A stretch of 27,541 nt of DNA from a virus (lineage: Duplodnaviria > Caudoviricetes): positions 1-27,541 of IMG/VR virus record IMGVR_UViG_3300037465_000468; one strand, 5' to 3'. Within the stretch, counting starts at the first letter, position 1, and every line of letters starts with the position of its first letter. The translations under genes and the position numbers were made by a program. Below, one piece after another: positions 8,259 to 17,251 of the stretch. The notes below the pieces were generated by a model that saw only the letters and a program-made list of their open reading frames with translations, had not been told where the DNA came from and searched no databases.

Positions 8259-11200
8259 TCAGTACTGCCCCCGCCATTTCTCTCCGGGCTTGACGGCCTT
8301 CTCCTTCTTCCCGAACTCGACCCCGTAGGTGACAGCCGGAATGGGATGGAAGGAGTGGATGTTCGTCTTCCAACCCTCACGGGCGGCTTCGATGAGGGTC
8401 TGCCCCTGCTTGCCCGCGTTCAGGCGAGCGATCCAGTCCTCCTGGAGTTCGAGGGGAACCATCTGGAGGCTCTTGAGTTCGGGAGTGAACTTGACGGGCT
8501 TCTTGCCCTTGTGCTCCCTGTTCCACGCGCTGACCTGCGAGTAGGGCTGCATGTCCCCTGCAACCCAGGTCGGGTGGTCTCCGGGGTCTTCCACCCGCGC
8601 GAGGTTCGTGATCGACTTCACGACCACCTCGATGTTGCGGCGCTTGATGTCTGAACTTGCGGTCTTCAGCAGGTCGAAGAGCCGTCCGGTGAGAAGATCC
8701 TGGACGGGGGACAGTCCACGCAGGACGAGAAGCTGACGCGGGTCGATGGTACCCCCGGAGAGGGCCTGCCCCTTCTCGACCGAGTCCCCCTTCTTCACGG
8801 AGAGCCCGCGGGCCTCGGGCACGTAGTGCTGCTCGCCGCCGACCCTCACGTAGTACCCACCCTGAGGAGCGGGCTGGACCGCCTGGACCTTCCCCTTCAC
8901 GGCCGAGAGCGTCGCCGCGTCCGGAACCTTCTCGTACAGGTAGAGGGTCTTCTGGAGATCGGAGAAGAGATCGAGGCTCTTGGCCCCCACGCCCTTCGCC
9001 AAACCGCCGGTGTTGTGCGTCCAGATCGACCCGGCGAGGAACGTGCCAGAGGCGCTGGTCACGTCGTAGACCCACTCGTCGGGGGAGTAGAGGATCTCTC
9101 GGATGTAGGTGACCTTCTCGACCCGCCGCGTAGGTTGGATCCTGCGCGGCTTTGCATCGAACCGCTCGCCGTCGACCTTGACCCCGCGACCGACGAGCTT
9201 CTCGGCGGCGTCCCTCGTCAGGTGCAGCCTGACGCTGAAGCCCTGGTTGCGCGTGAGGTCTCGCACCGTCGTTTTGAAGACGGAGTGCCGCAGCCCGAAA
9301 TGCTCAGCCAGCAGTCCGAGCTGCTGGACCAACGGGAAGGACGTCGTGTCGATGCAGACGTAGGGATGCCCCTCTCCAGGGGCGGGCTGTACGACGGTCC
9401 CATCCCCGTCGATGAGGCCCGCGAGGGCATCCCACAGCCAGTCGTCCCCGTAGCCGAGGAAGTCGTACGGGAGGTGCTTGCGCTGGGAGCCCACGCCAAT
9501 CGCATTGGCAGCCCAAACGGCGAGGGCACGGCCTGCAACGAAGACATCCTTGCCACGGACGGTGAACCCGAGGTTGGCCTCCGTCAGACTCTGGAGCAGG
9601 TAGTTCTGAGTCGGTCCCTCCACTTGTGAGATCGAGAGACCAGTGACCTGCGCTCCGTGCATCGCCCGCGGGAAGCGACCCTTCTGCTCGTCTGCTCCTC
9701 GGAAGTGGACGGTGTGCCGGCGCACGGAGCCCTCCGAGACGATCATCCCCACGAGGTAGCCGGGCAGGTGAGGAGTTCCTCCCGACGCCTCCGGGACGAC
9801 GACATCGAACAGGTTTCCCTCCTGGACCGCCGACGCGGCCCTCATCCGAGGGATGCTCGCCTTGTAGTCCTCTCTCAGACAGGAGAATCGCTCTCCGCAG
9901 TCGCACTCCAGATAGTAAGTGCCGTCCTGGTGGCCCAGGAGAGAGAACGACTGGCTGTCGGTACTCTGGCAGGCGGGGCAGGACAGGATCTTGTCTCTCA
10001 CCATCACAGGGTGGTTTTCCTGGAGCGCCTGGACGTGCCCTGTTTCGGTCCTGAGCAGCAGCATCTTCAGGTTTCCGAGACGGTGCCTTCCGACCTTCTC
10101 CAGGGGCACCCACCCACCCCGGTCCAGGACCTCCACACCCTCGGTGTACTTCTCCTCGTGGTCGTCGTGAGTCCACACCGGGAAGGGTAGGCTCTCGAAC
10201 GCCTCCTTCATCGAGATCGTCCAGACTCGGCTTCCATGCCGAAGAGTGACGAGGGTGCCTTCGTGATGGCAGTGGAAGCTATTCAGGCTGAGTTGGGTGC
10301 TCGGCTCGCCAATGCTCTGCGCGGCGATGACTCCGATGTTCGTCCCAATGGCGGGAGGACGGCTGCCCGCCATGAGCCCCAAGCACTTCTGACAGACGCC
10401 GTGGTCGAGCTCGCACCGGAGGGGGGACCGCACCTGCAACGCACTGACCTTCGACGCTCGCGCAGAGGCAACGAGCTCGGGCGTGACCAGGGTGCCCGCG
10501 GGAACGGTCTTGCCCCTCAGCTTCACCGAGGCCGAGAGGTAGCGGTCCAGGACATCGTGGTCGTCCACCGAGAGGCGCGTGCCCTGCTTCGTCCCGCAGT
10601 CCGCATCGGTCACGAGCTGGTTCAGTGTCGCGTTGATGATCAGCTTCGAGATGTAGCCAGGCTCCACGACGCCCTGGACCTTCTGGATCGTGCCCTTCCG
10701 GGCGCCGTGCAAGGTCGTCCAGTACGAGGCGACGTCCATGCCCTCCGAGTAGGACTTCGGGATGATCGTCGGGACCACGCGGCCCTTCGCATCCATGACC
10801 AGCGTGGGGCTGGAGACGATCTGGGAGAGCTGGAGGGGATCCCCACGAGACCCGGAACGCACCATCCGGTAGATGTTCGTCGGGTTCCGTTCGAGCGCCT
10901 GGTTGGTCGCCTCGTAGACTCGCGCGTCGAGCTTCTTGTAGAGGTCGACGACGCGTTTCCTCTTCTCGTCCGCGGAGAGCTTCTTGTCGGCCCGGATGGA
11001 GGCTGCCTGGCGCTCGGCGGCGGCGATCTGGCGATCCCGCTCGTCCTTGTTGACCACCGCGAAGTCGTCGAGCCCGATGGAGAACCCGAGACGGTAGGCG
11101 TGGTCGTTCCCGAGGTCCTTGAAGCGGTTTGCCACCTCCCCGTAGAGCTGGGGATGGTCCTTGGCGATCTTCGTGAGGACCTGCTTCATGCCCTTCTTGT

Positions 11201-14200
11201 CGTAGAGGCGCATCTCGGCGACAGACTTCTTCCCCGTCTCCCTCAGTCCCTCGGGCAGGACGGCCTCGATCTCCAGCCGGCCGAGGGTCGTCTCCTTCCC
11301 GTCGACCCGGATGACGTCGGTATCCTTGATCTTGCCCGCCCGAGAGGCTGAGCGAGCTTCCTCGATGGACTTGAACGAGTGCGACGTCTTCTTCCCCGGC
11401 TGGGAGAGCAGGTAGAGTCCCAGCAGCGCCTCGTGGCCAGGCGTGTACATCACGGCCCCGGTGGCCGGATTGAAGAGGTTGTTCGACGGGAACATCTCCC
11501 TCGCCTCGCGCACTGCGCCAGGGGTGATCGGGAGGTAGACGGAATCCCACACGACCGCGCCGTTCGCCATCGTGAACGTCCACGCGCCCGGCACGGTCAG
11601 GTCGTACATCTCGACGACCTGCCCCGTGGGCTCCGCGCGCTCGACGAGGTCCCAGCCGACCGAGGTGTCGCGCGCAATCTCGAACCACCGCGCGAGGTAG
11701 GGGCTCTGCTCGCGCCCGTCGAGGAGGGCCACGAGCTTGTCCACGGACGTGCGGGTGATCGTCGGGGCTTTCCGGTTGAGCACGACGTACTGGGAGAACG
11801 CGGCGGCATTCCGCGCCTCGCCCTTTCGCGCCGCTCCGAGGTCGCGCAGGTGGTCGAGCAGCTCGATGCGCACCTTCTCTGGGAGGGGCACGAAGTCATT
11901 CCGGCCGTAGGTGGTCTTCTCTTCCCCCTGGAGCTCGCGCAGGGCCTCGCGCTTCGCGGGGTGGGTAAGCGCGAGCCAGCGCGCGTCTTGGACCGGGCGG
12001 GTGGAGAACGTGGTCACCCAATGCGGGATCCCGTTCGACGAGGCCGTCTTCGTGGTCGAGGAGGGCAAGCCCAGCGAGAGGCCGAGGAGTACGATCTCCT
12101 CGGCGAGGCGCGGGCTCGATGTGCTGTAGGCGAGGGCGAACTGGCCCGAGGCGCTCCAGTTCGCCGTGCCGTCGGTATCGATGAGACCTGCGAGGAGCCC
12201 ACGGCGGAACTCCAACGGCATCTCCAGGAAACGCTCCGGGAGGTGCTTTGCGACCGCCTTGACGCCGATCAAGGGCTCGAGCCATGTACCCAGTGCGGTC
12301 GAGTAGATCGTCGTCTTGGCAGAGACGCAATCGAAACCATCGAAAGTATGAGGTGCCTCACCTACGTCCGATACTTTCCCGGTGCAAAGCGACTTTCCAA
12401 TCCTCGCCCAGCGCGCTTGTACCTCTTCGCCGCCGCGCCCGTGTGCAAAGCTAACGAAACGTGTATTCCACACGGCGCCGTTCTCTCGGGGGTTCTTGCG
12501 AAGGCTGACCCACCCATCCCCGATCGACGCGCCGACGAACCACCCGACGTCTTCGGTGAGCGTGATCTCGACGTCCATGCGGTGCGCCCTCGCGTAGCCC
12601 GCTGTCGACCCCGGCAAGGTCTGCGCGGTGTTCGCTGCGGCGAGGCTTCGGAGCGTGGGGAGACAGCGCCCGGTCGCCTCGCCCGGCGTGGCCTTGGTCG
12701 TCTCCAGCGTCTCCGGGTCCAGTAGGACGAGACTGTGGTCCTGCGCGCAGCGGATCTCGCGCCCGTTCCGGGTCTGGACGAGCCACTCCTGGCACCGCGG
12801 GTGGACGTGGAACTTCGTGACGGGCAGGTTCTTGAACACCCTTCCGTCGAAGGCGGGCACGAGGACGCCCGGTGGGACGTCGTAGGTCTCCGACCCGTGC
12901 TCGTCTACGACCCTGCTGGAATGCAAGCGCGGGAAGTCCTTGATGTCGAGGATACGGTGCGTGGCGAGGGTTCCAGCGTGCATGCCGACAGCATAGTCAC
13001 TGCCCACTTCGGGTACAACAAGAATGTCGCCCCTTACACTCATTGCGTCACCGTCGAAGTCGGCGTTGAAGCCCGAAGTTACAAGGGGGTGGATCTCGAT
13101 TGCCTTGCCCGAAACCAGCCGGGGCTTGAAGGCCATGACGTTGAACTTGTGGAGGACGGGATCCCGCTTCAGCAGGATGGGCCGATCCTCCATCGCGCGC
13201 AGGAGCGCCTGCTCCGCCGGCCTCGTGCGATTCTCAATGGCCTCCTTGGCGTCGAGGTGCTTGTAGCCGACGCGCACGAGTTCGCGGTGCGCGAAGGGCT
13301 CGTACAGAGTCCACGCGATCTTCTCGGGCACCCCCAGCTCATCAAGTCCCTGCGCGGGTTCAGGAACGATGACCGAGCGACCAGTGAAGTCCTGACGGCG
13401 CTTGATGATGGCCTTGTGGAAGTAGCCCTCCTTGGGACTCCCCTCCTTCTTGCCCTTCCGCACCTTGCGGCCTGAGATGACGTCGATGATGCCTGCGTAG
13501 TCCCTCTTGATGCTCCCCTGTGTCGAGATGCCAGTGATCGCCGAGAGCCCGTCGTAGAGCTGTTCCCGAGAGGGGCGGAGGACGACGTCTGGCACACCCT
13601 CCTTCTTCGCGTCTTCGAGGGTCTGGCTGATCTCCGCGACGTACTTGTAGAGGCCGTTGAGGTCGGACACGGACTTTCGTGCATCCTCGCGCAGCGTGAT
13701 CGGCCGGAACGTCGGGGGGATGACGGGGACGGAGCGCATCATGTAGACGGTCGGGTCGAGGTCGTTCTCCTCCAGCGCCCTGAGGATGCGCAGCTTGCGG
13801 TGGAGCTTGTTGCGCGTCTCCCCCTGCGTCTGGACGATCCGCCTCTCCAGCGCGGCCCGCTCCTTCTTGACGTCCACCTGCTTGAGCAGGTGCTCGATGG
13901 CGAGTCCCCCCGTCTTGTCCCCGACCTTCTGGTCTCCGCGAAGGATGGCCCGATACGCCTTGTCGTTGAGCCCCGTGAGGTACTTGACGGCCTCCTCGAA
14001 GAGGGGGTTGGGCAGGGGCTCGGCCAGCTTGAAGTGCGTCCAGCGAGTGCCGTCCATACCTCCCGTGAGCCGTTCGTCGAAGAGCCCCCCTTTCTCGGGC
14101 TTGAGGTTCTTGCCGATGACATCGAGGTCTGCCCGAGGAAGCTCCCCGGAAGAGAGTCCGCCGGGGCCCGTGAGCTGCTTCTCCGTGAACGGCAGAAGTT

Positions 14201-17200
14201 GAAGAGAACTCCCCTCCTTCCGCACGTTCACCCGCATGCCGTTGAGGTAGGCGAGGAACTTCTCGTACGCAAAGGGGACCTTCGGAGGGGGCAGGGGCAT
14301 CCCCTCGCGCAGCGCATCCCAGAGGGGATCGTTCTTGCTCGACTTGTAGGTGAACATCTCGTGGACGTTCTCGCGCGCCCCGTGCGCGAGGAGCGCGTAG
14401 AGCCCCAGTTCACCAATGGTCATGCCCGAGTACGGGGGTCCTCCGGTCGGTGCGTGGTTGATGTTGTAGGGCATCCCGGGACCACCAGAGCGGGCTCCCA
14501 GCTTCTTCTCGGCCTGGTGGCGGAGCTTCAGGATGTACTGGTTCCCAGTGAGCACCGACTGCTCGAAGGGTTCTCCGGTCTTCGGGTCGATGAGGACTTC
14601 CTTGTCGGAGAGCCCCGCATCCTTCAGGTCCTTGCGGACCGCGTCGAGGTAGTCCTTACCCGGCTCGAAGTTCCGCACCTTGTAGGGCTGGCCTTTCTTC
14701 TCGGCAATCTTCCCTGCCACGGTCTCCAGGACCTGTCCGAGGTTGATGCGCCCCGGCACGCCGAGCGGGTTGAATACGATGTCCAGGCGCTGCTTTTCGC
14801 CCGTCTTCGGGTCCACCTTGTAGGGCATGTCGACGTCGGGGATGATGCGCGTGATGACGCCCTTGTTGCCGTGCCTGCCCACCAGCTTGTCGGCGACCTG
14901 GGCAGGCTCCTGCGTCTTGACGAAGACCGAGAGGAGCGTGCCGTCCGGGGACCGGACGATGTCCGTGACGATCCCCGGATAGGGCTTGTCCCACGTGAGC
15001 GAGCTGTCCTTGAACTTCAGGGGGCGACCACGTCGGATGGCCGCGAACCTGCTCACGGACTCCTGCGTGGGCTTCCGCAGCGAGAGGATGAGGGGATCCC
15101 CCTCCTGCACCTTGGACCCGACCCGGATGACACCCTCGTCGTCGATCCGCTCGGTCTGATCCTTCTTGTAGACGTAGGGGTAGTACGCGAGGAACGCCTT
15201 CTTGGTCCGCACCGACTCGTCCCCGGCGTAGAAATTCTTGCGGTAGACGTGGGCGGACGTGAGCTTCTGAGCGGCGCTCTCGGAGACGACGATCCCGTCG
15301 TCGAAGTTGTAGCCGAGGAAGGGCATGTACCCGGTCCTCAGGTTGGTCCCGAGCGCGAGTGCGCCGTCCTTGCTGAACGTCGTGTCGGCGACGACCTGCC
15401 CCTTCCGAACGCGGTCACCGGCCTTGACCTTGACCTCTGAGTCGTAGAGAGATCCACCTGCGAGCGGGTAGTTCCGGTAGACCTGGACCTCGTGGGTCTT
15501 CCCCTTGCGGTCCTTCACGATGACGGCATCGTCCTTCACGGCCACGACCGTGCCGTCGATGGGAGAGCGGTGGGACACAGCCGTCCCCAGCACCTCCTCG
15601 AAGCTCTTCTCAGTGTCGGTCTTCACCTGCACCAGGGGGGCTTCCCGATGCACCAGAGGCACTGCCTGCTCCTGCTGGCGGGCTGCGGTCATGGCCCGGT
15701 TGCCCTGGTTGTTCTGGAGGAAGGGGATGAGGTTCGACGCAGCGTCGAATATGCCGCGGGGGCTCGGCAGGACGAGGTCCACTTCCTTGGGAGAGACGCT
15801 GACGATCTCTCCCTCGCGAGACGCCTTCACCTGCTTGCCGATGGGCCGTCCCTTCCGGTCGTACTGGTCCGGAAAGGCCACTGTCTTCCGCATGGCCTCC
15901 CCGGGATCCACGTCCACGAGCTTGCCTGTTCGTGCGTCCCGGAACGTGGCGTAGAGCGTCGTGCCCTTCTTCTTCGTCCCCAGGGGAATCGTGAGCGAGA
16001 CTCCGGTCTTCTCGTTCTCGGGCGTGTGGATCGGGTCCAGGTAGCCGAGGTGGCTCGGGTTGATGAGCTTCGCGTCCTCGACGATGGCATGGACGGACTT
16101 GATTCCCCCCTGGTCGCCCATGATGGTCGTCTTGAGCTGACCTCCGATCATCTCCAGGGGGTTGGTCTGCTCGGAGGGATTGGCCAGCGACGAGCGGAAG
16201 AAGCCGTGGACCGCGGAGCGAAACTCGTCCGTCGGAAGGACTCCCCGCACCGTGCGCTTCCTGGCTTCGAGGGCCTGGACGATCTTCCGCTTGATGCGGG
16301 ACTCGCTGCGCTGGAGTCGCTCGTTGATGAGGTCCTCGAAGGCGAAGATCTCGTTGAACTCCAGGGAGTGCCGGTCGTCCGCCTCGCGGGACCCACGGGA
16401 GATGCCCAGGAGGGCCTCCGAGGACCGGACGAGGGTGTCGTTCTCGACGGTCTTGAACGGCTTGCCCAGGGTGCGGGCCGTCGTCTCCGGCAGCAGTTCG
16501 GTTCGATCCAGTTGCCGGCGGAACAGGCCGCGAATTTCCTCGTCCTTCTCGGGGAGCTTGCCGCTGAAGACCTTGTAGAACCTGCGCAACGCCGTCTTCT
16601 CGGTGGCCTTGGCCTTGTTCTTCTCGAGGACCTCCCGCCCCCATGCCTTCTCCAGCGTCTCGTCGCTGATCCCGGCGTCCCGGAGGAGGTGGTAGGCGGG
16701 GATGGCCGAGTCCTTCACGTTCAGGTAGAAGACCGCCTCCTTCGGGTCGAAGCTCAGCTTGAACGCGCGGCCGTCCACGAACTGGTCGCGGTTCCGGAGG
16801 TTGAACTCCGCGACGATGCTGCCGTCCTCGGCGACCCGGTGGTAGACGCCTGACTTCAGGCGAAAGAGGTTCGCCGACTGGTACTCCGTGGCGGGCTCCT
16901 TCCCTTCCCCCTTCTTGCCCGCAACGATGTAGCCGTACCGATCCGTCGTCTTCGGAAGGTCCATGACGAGGATCTTCCGCCGGTCCACAACCTTGCCCCC
17001 ACGCTCCAGGGAGACGTCGGCGTAGACGGGAACGGCCCAGGTCCGTCCCCCAAGGAGCGCCTCCTTCTGACTGCGAATGTCGTTGACGTCGAGCTTGTCG
17101 TCTACCTCGACCCCATGCAGCTTCAGTACGGCATCCCCCTTCTCCACAGGGAAGAATGCCTGGAGCGTCGAGAAGATCTTCTTCTTCAGTTCCTCGAACT

Positions 17201-17225
17201 GCTGCTCTGGGGTCAGCTGCGGCAT
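8259..17225 (-). CDS. rpoBC: Fused beta-beta' DNA-directed RNA polymerase precursor with two inteins (~2988 aa precursor, ~2069 aa spliced)
   Basis: Beta motifs: QTNPLE, PSHLGYLDPIHTPE, NLIPFLQNNQGNRAM..QAVPL, GYNFDDGIVVSE, DKLVGRHGNKGVI, NPLGVPGRINLGQVLE, YILKLRH. In the same frame, beta' motifs follow: PVIPPTFRP, RQDFTGRSVI, FNADFDGD, SGSRG, HGARKG, DCGT..RSPLRC..GVCQKC, AAQSIGEPSTQL. The start is taken as MPQLT at 17225; the ORF track extends to 17279. Confidence 0.96.
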   Translation of the reverse strand: MPQLTPEQQFEELKKKIFSTLQAFFPVEKGDAVLKLHGVEVDDKLDVNDIRSQKEALLGGRTWAVPVYADVSLERGGKVVDRRKILVMDLPKTTDRYGYIVAGKKGEGKEPATEYQSANLFRLKSGVYHRVAEDGSIVAEFNLRNRDQFVDGRAFKLSFDPKEAVFYLNVKDSAIPAYHLLRDAGISDETLEKAWGREVLEKNKAKATEKTALRRFYKVFSGKLPEKDEEIRGLFRRQLDRTELLPETTARTLGKPFKTVENDTLVRSSEALLGISRGSREADDRHSLEFNEIFAFEDLINERLQRSESRIKRKIVQALEARKRTVRGVLPTDEFRSAVHGFFRSSLANPSEQTNPLEMIGGQLKTTIMGDQGGIKSVHAIVEDAKLINPSHLGYLDPIHTPENEKTGVSLTIPLGTKKKGTTLYATFRDARTGKLVDVDPGEAMRKTVAFPDQYDRKGRPIGKQVKASREGEIVSVSPKEVDLVLPSPRGIFDAASNLIPFLQNNQGNRAMTAARQQEQAVPLVHREAPLVQVKTDTEKSFEEVLGTAVSHRSPIDGTVVAVKDDAVIVKDRKGKTHEVQVYRNYPLAGGSLYDSEVKVKAGDRVRKGQVVADTTFSKDGALALGTNLRTGYMPFLGYNFDDGIVVSESAAQKLTSAHVYRKNFYAGDESVRTKKAFLAYYPYVYKKDQTERIDDEGVIRVGSKVQEGDPLILSLRKPTQESVSRFAAIRRGRPLKFKDSSLTWDKPYPGIVTDIVRSPDGTLLSVFVKTQEPAQVADKLVGRHGNKGVITRIIPDVDMPYKVDPKTGEKQRLDIVFNPLGVPGRINLGQVLETVAGKIAEKKGQPYKVRNFEPGKDYLDAVRKDLKDAGLSDKEVLIDPKTGEPFEQSVLTGNQYILKLRHQAEKKLGARSGGPGMPYNINHAPTGGPPYSGMTIGELGLYALLAHGARENVHEMFTYKSSKNDPLWDALREGMPLPPPKVPFAYEKFLAYLNGMRVNVRKEGSSLQLLPFTEKQLTGPGGLSSGELPRADLDVIGKNLKPEKGGLFDERLTGGMDGTRWTHFKLAEPLPNPLFEEAVKYLTGLNDKAYRAILRGDQKVGDKTGGLAIEHLLKQVDVKKERAALERRIVQTQGETRNKLHRKLRILRALEENDLDPTVYMMRSVPVIPPTFRPITLREDARKSVSDLNGLYKYVAEISQTLEDAKKEGVPDVVLRPSREQLYDGLSAITGISTQGSIKRDYAGIIDVISGRKVRKGKKEGSPKEGYFHKAIIKRRQDFTGRSVIVPEPAQGLDELGVPEKIAWTLYEPFAHRELVRVGYKHLDAKEAIENRTRPAEQALLRAMEDRPILLKRDPVLHKFNVMAFKPRLVSGKAIEIHPLVTSGFNADFDGDAMSVRGDILVVPEVGSDYAVGMHAGTLATHRILDIKDFPRLHSSRVVDEHGSETYDVPPGVLVPAFDGRVFKNLPVTKFHVHPRCQEWLVQTRNGREIRCAQDHSLVLLDPETLETTKATPGEATGRCLPTLRSLAAANTAQTLPGSTAGYARAHRMDVEITLTEDVGWFVGASIGDGWVSLRKNPRENGAVWNTRFVSFAHGRGGEEVQARWARIGKSLCTGKVSDVGEAPHTFDGFDCVSAKTTIYSTALGTWLEPLIGVKAVAKHLPERFLEMPLEFRRGLLAGLIDTDGTANWSASGQFALAYSTSSPRLAEEIVLLGLSLGLPSSTTKTASSNGIPHWVTTFSTRPVQDARWLALTHPAKREALRELQGEEKTTYGRNDFVPLPEKVRIELLDHLRDLGAARKGEARNAAAFSQYVVLNRKAPTITRTSVDKLVALLDGREQSPYLARWFEIARDTSVGWDLVERAEPTGQVVEMYDLTVPGAWTFTMANGAVVWDSVYLPITPGAVREAREMFPSNNLFNPATGAVMYTPGHEALLGLYLLSQPGKKTSHSFKSIEEARSASRAGKIKDTDVIRVDGKETTLGRLEIEAVLPEGLRETGKKSVAEMRLYDKKGMKQVLTKIAKDHPQLYGEVANRFKDLGNDHAYRLGFSIGLDDFAVVNKDERDRQIAAAERQAASIRADKKLSADEKRKRVVDLYKKLDARVYEATNQALERNPTNIYRMVRSGSRGDPLQLSQIVSSPTLVMDAKGRVVPTIIPKSYSEGMDVASYWTTLHGARKGTIQKVQGVVEPGYISKLIINATLNQLVTDADCGTKQGTRLSVDDHDVLDRYLSASVKLRGKTVPAGTLVTPELVASARASKVSALQVRSPLRCELDHGVCQKCLGLMAGSRPPAIGTNIGVIAAQSIGEPSTQLSLNSFHCHHEGTLVTLRHGSRVWTISMKEAFESLPFPVWTHDDHEEKYTEGVEVLDRGGWVPLEKVGRHRLGNLKMLLLRTETGHVQALQENHPVMVRDKILSCPACQSTDSQSFSLLGHQDGTYYLECDCGERFSCLREDYKASIPRMRAASAVQEGNLFDVVVPEASGGTPHLPGYLVGMIVSEGSVRRHTVHFRGADEQKGRFPRAMHGAQVTGLSISQVEGPTQNYLLQSLTEANLGFTVRGKDVFVAGRALAVWAANAIGVGSQRKHLPYDFLGYGDDWLWDALAGLIDGDGTVVQPAPGEGHPYVCIDTTSFPLVQQLGLLAEHFGLRHSVFKTTVRDLTRNQGFSVRLHLTRDAAEKLVGRGVKVDGERFDAKPRRIQPTRRVEKVTYIREILYSPDEWVYDVTSASGTFLAGSIWTHNTGGLAKGVGAKSLDLFSDLQKTLYLYEKVPDAATLSAVKGKVQAVQPAPQGGYYVRVGGEQHYVPEARGLSVKKGDSVEKGQALSGGTIDPRQLLVLRGLSPVQDLLTGRLFDLLKTASSDIKRRNIEVVVKSITNLARVEDPGDHPTWVAGDMQPYSQVSAWNREHKGKKPVKFTPELKSLQMVPLELQEDWIARLNAGKQGQTLIEAAREGWKTNIHSFHPIPAVTYGVEFGKKEKAVKPGEKWRGQY
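9012..10271 (-). mobile_element. Intein 2 of RNAP (420 aa, LAGLIDADG homing endonuclease), in the trigger loop
   Basis: Junctions SLNSFH|CHHEGTLV...WVYDVTSASGTFLAGSIWTHN|TGG. Block B is LQENHPV. Endonuclease motifs are YLVGMIVSEGSV and ALAGLIDGDGTV. Removal restores QLSLNSFHTGG, matching bacterial QLTMRTFH(I/T)GG. Confidence 0.95.
11544..13040 (-). mobile_element. Intein 1 of RNAP (499 aa, LAGLIDADG), next to the catalytic NADFDGD; Ser1, C-terminal Trp-Asp
   Basis: Junctions NADFDGDAM|SVRGDILV...EMYDLTVPGAWTFTMANGAVVWD|SVYLP. Block B is IRCAQDHSL. Endonuclease motifs are WFVGASIGDGWV and GLLAGLIDTDGT. Removal restores NADFDGDAMSVYLP, matching bacterial NADFDGDQMAVHVP. Confidence 0.92.
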
Positions 17226-17251
17226 CGCACTCTTGTACCAAGGCCAACGGC

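Noticed and set aside
12330-12480. Lower-GC patch with a repeated GTGCAAAGC inside intein 1
   Set aside because: The frame stays open and the repeat is only 9 nt. It most likely reflects a variable endonuclease loop, not a nested element.
8259-17225. Interpreting the RNAP as the cellular rpoBC locus of a bacterium
   Set aside because: There are no flanking rplKAJL, rpsL, nusG or tuf genes. The neighbours are portal, spike and terminase genes, and the enzyme is reduced and divergent.
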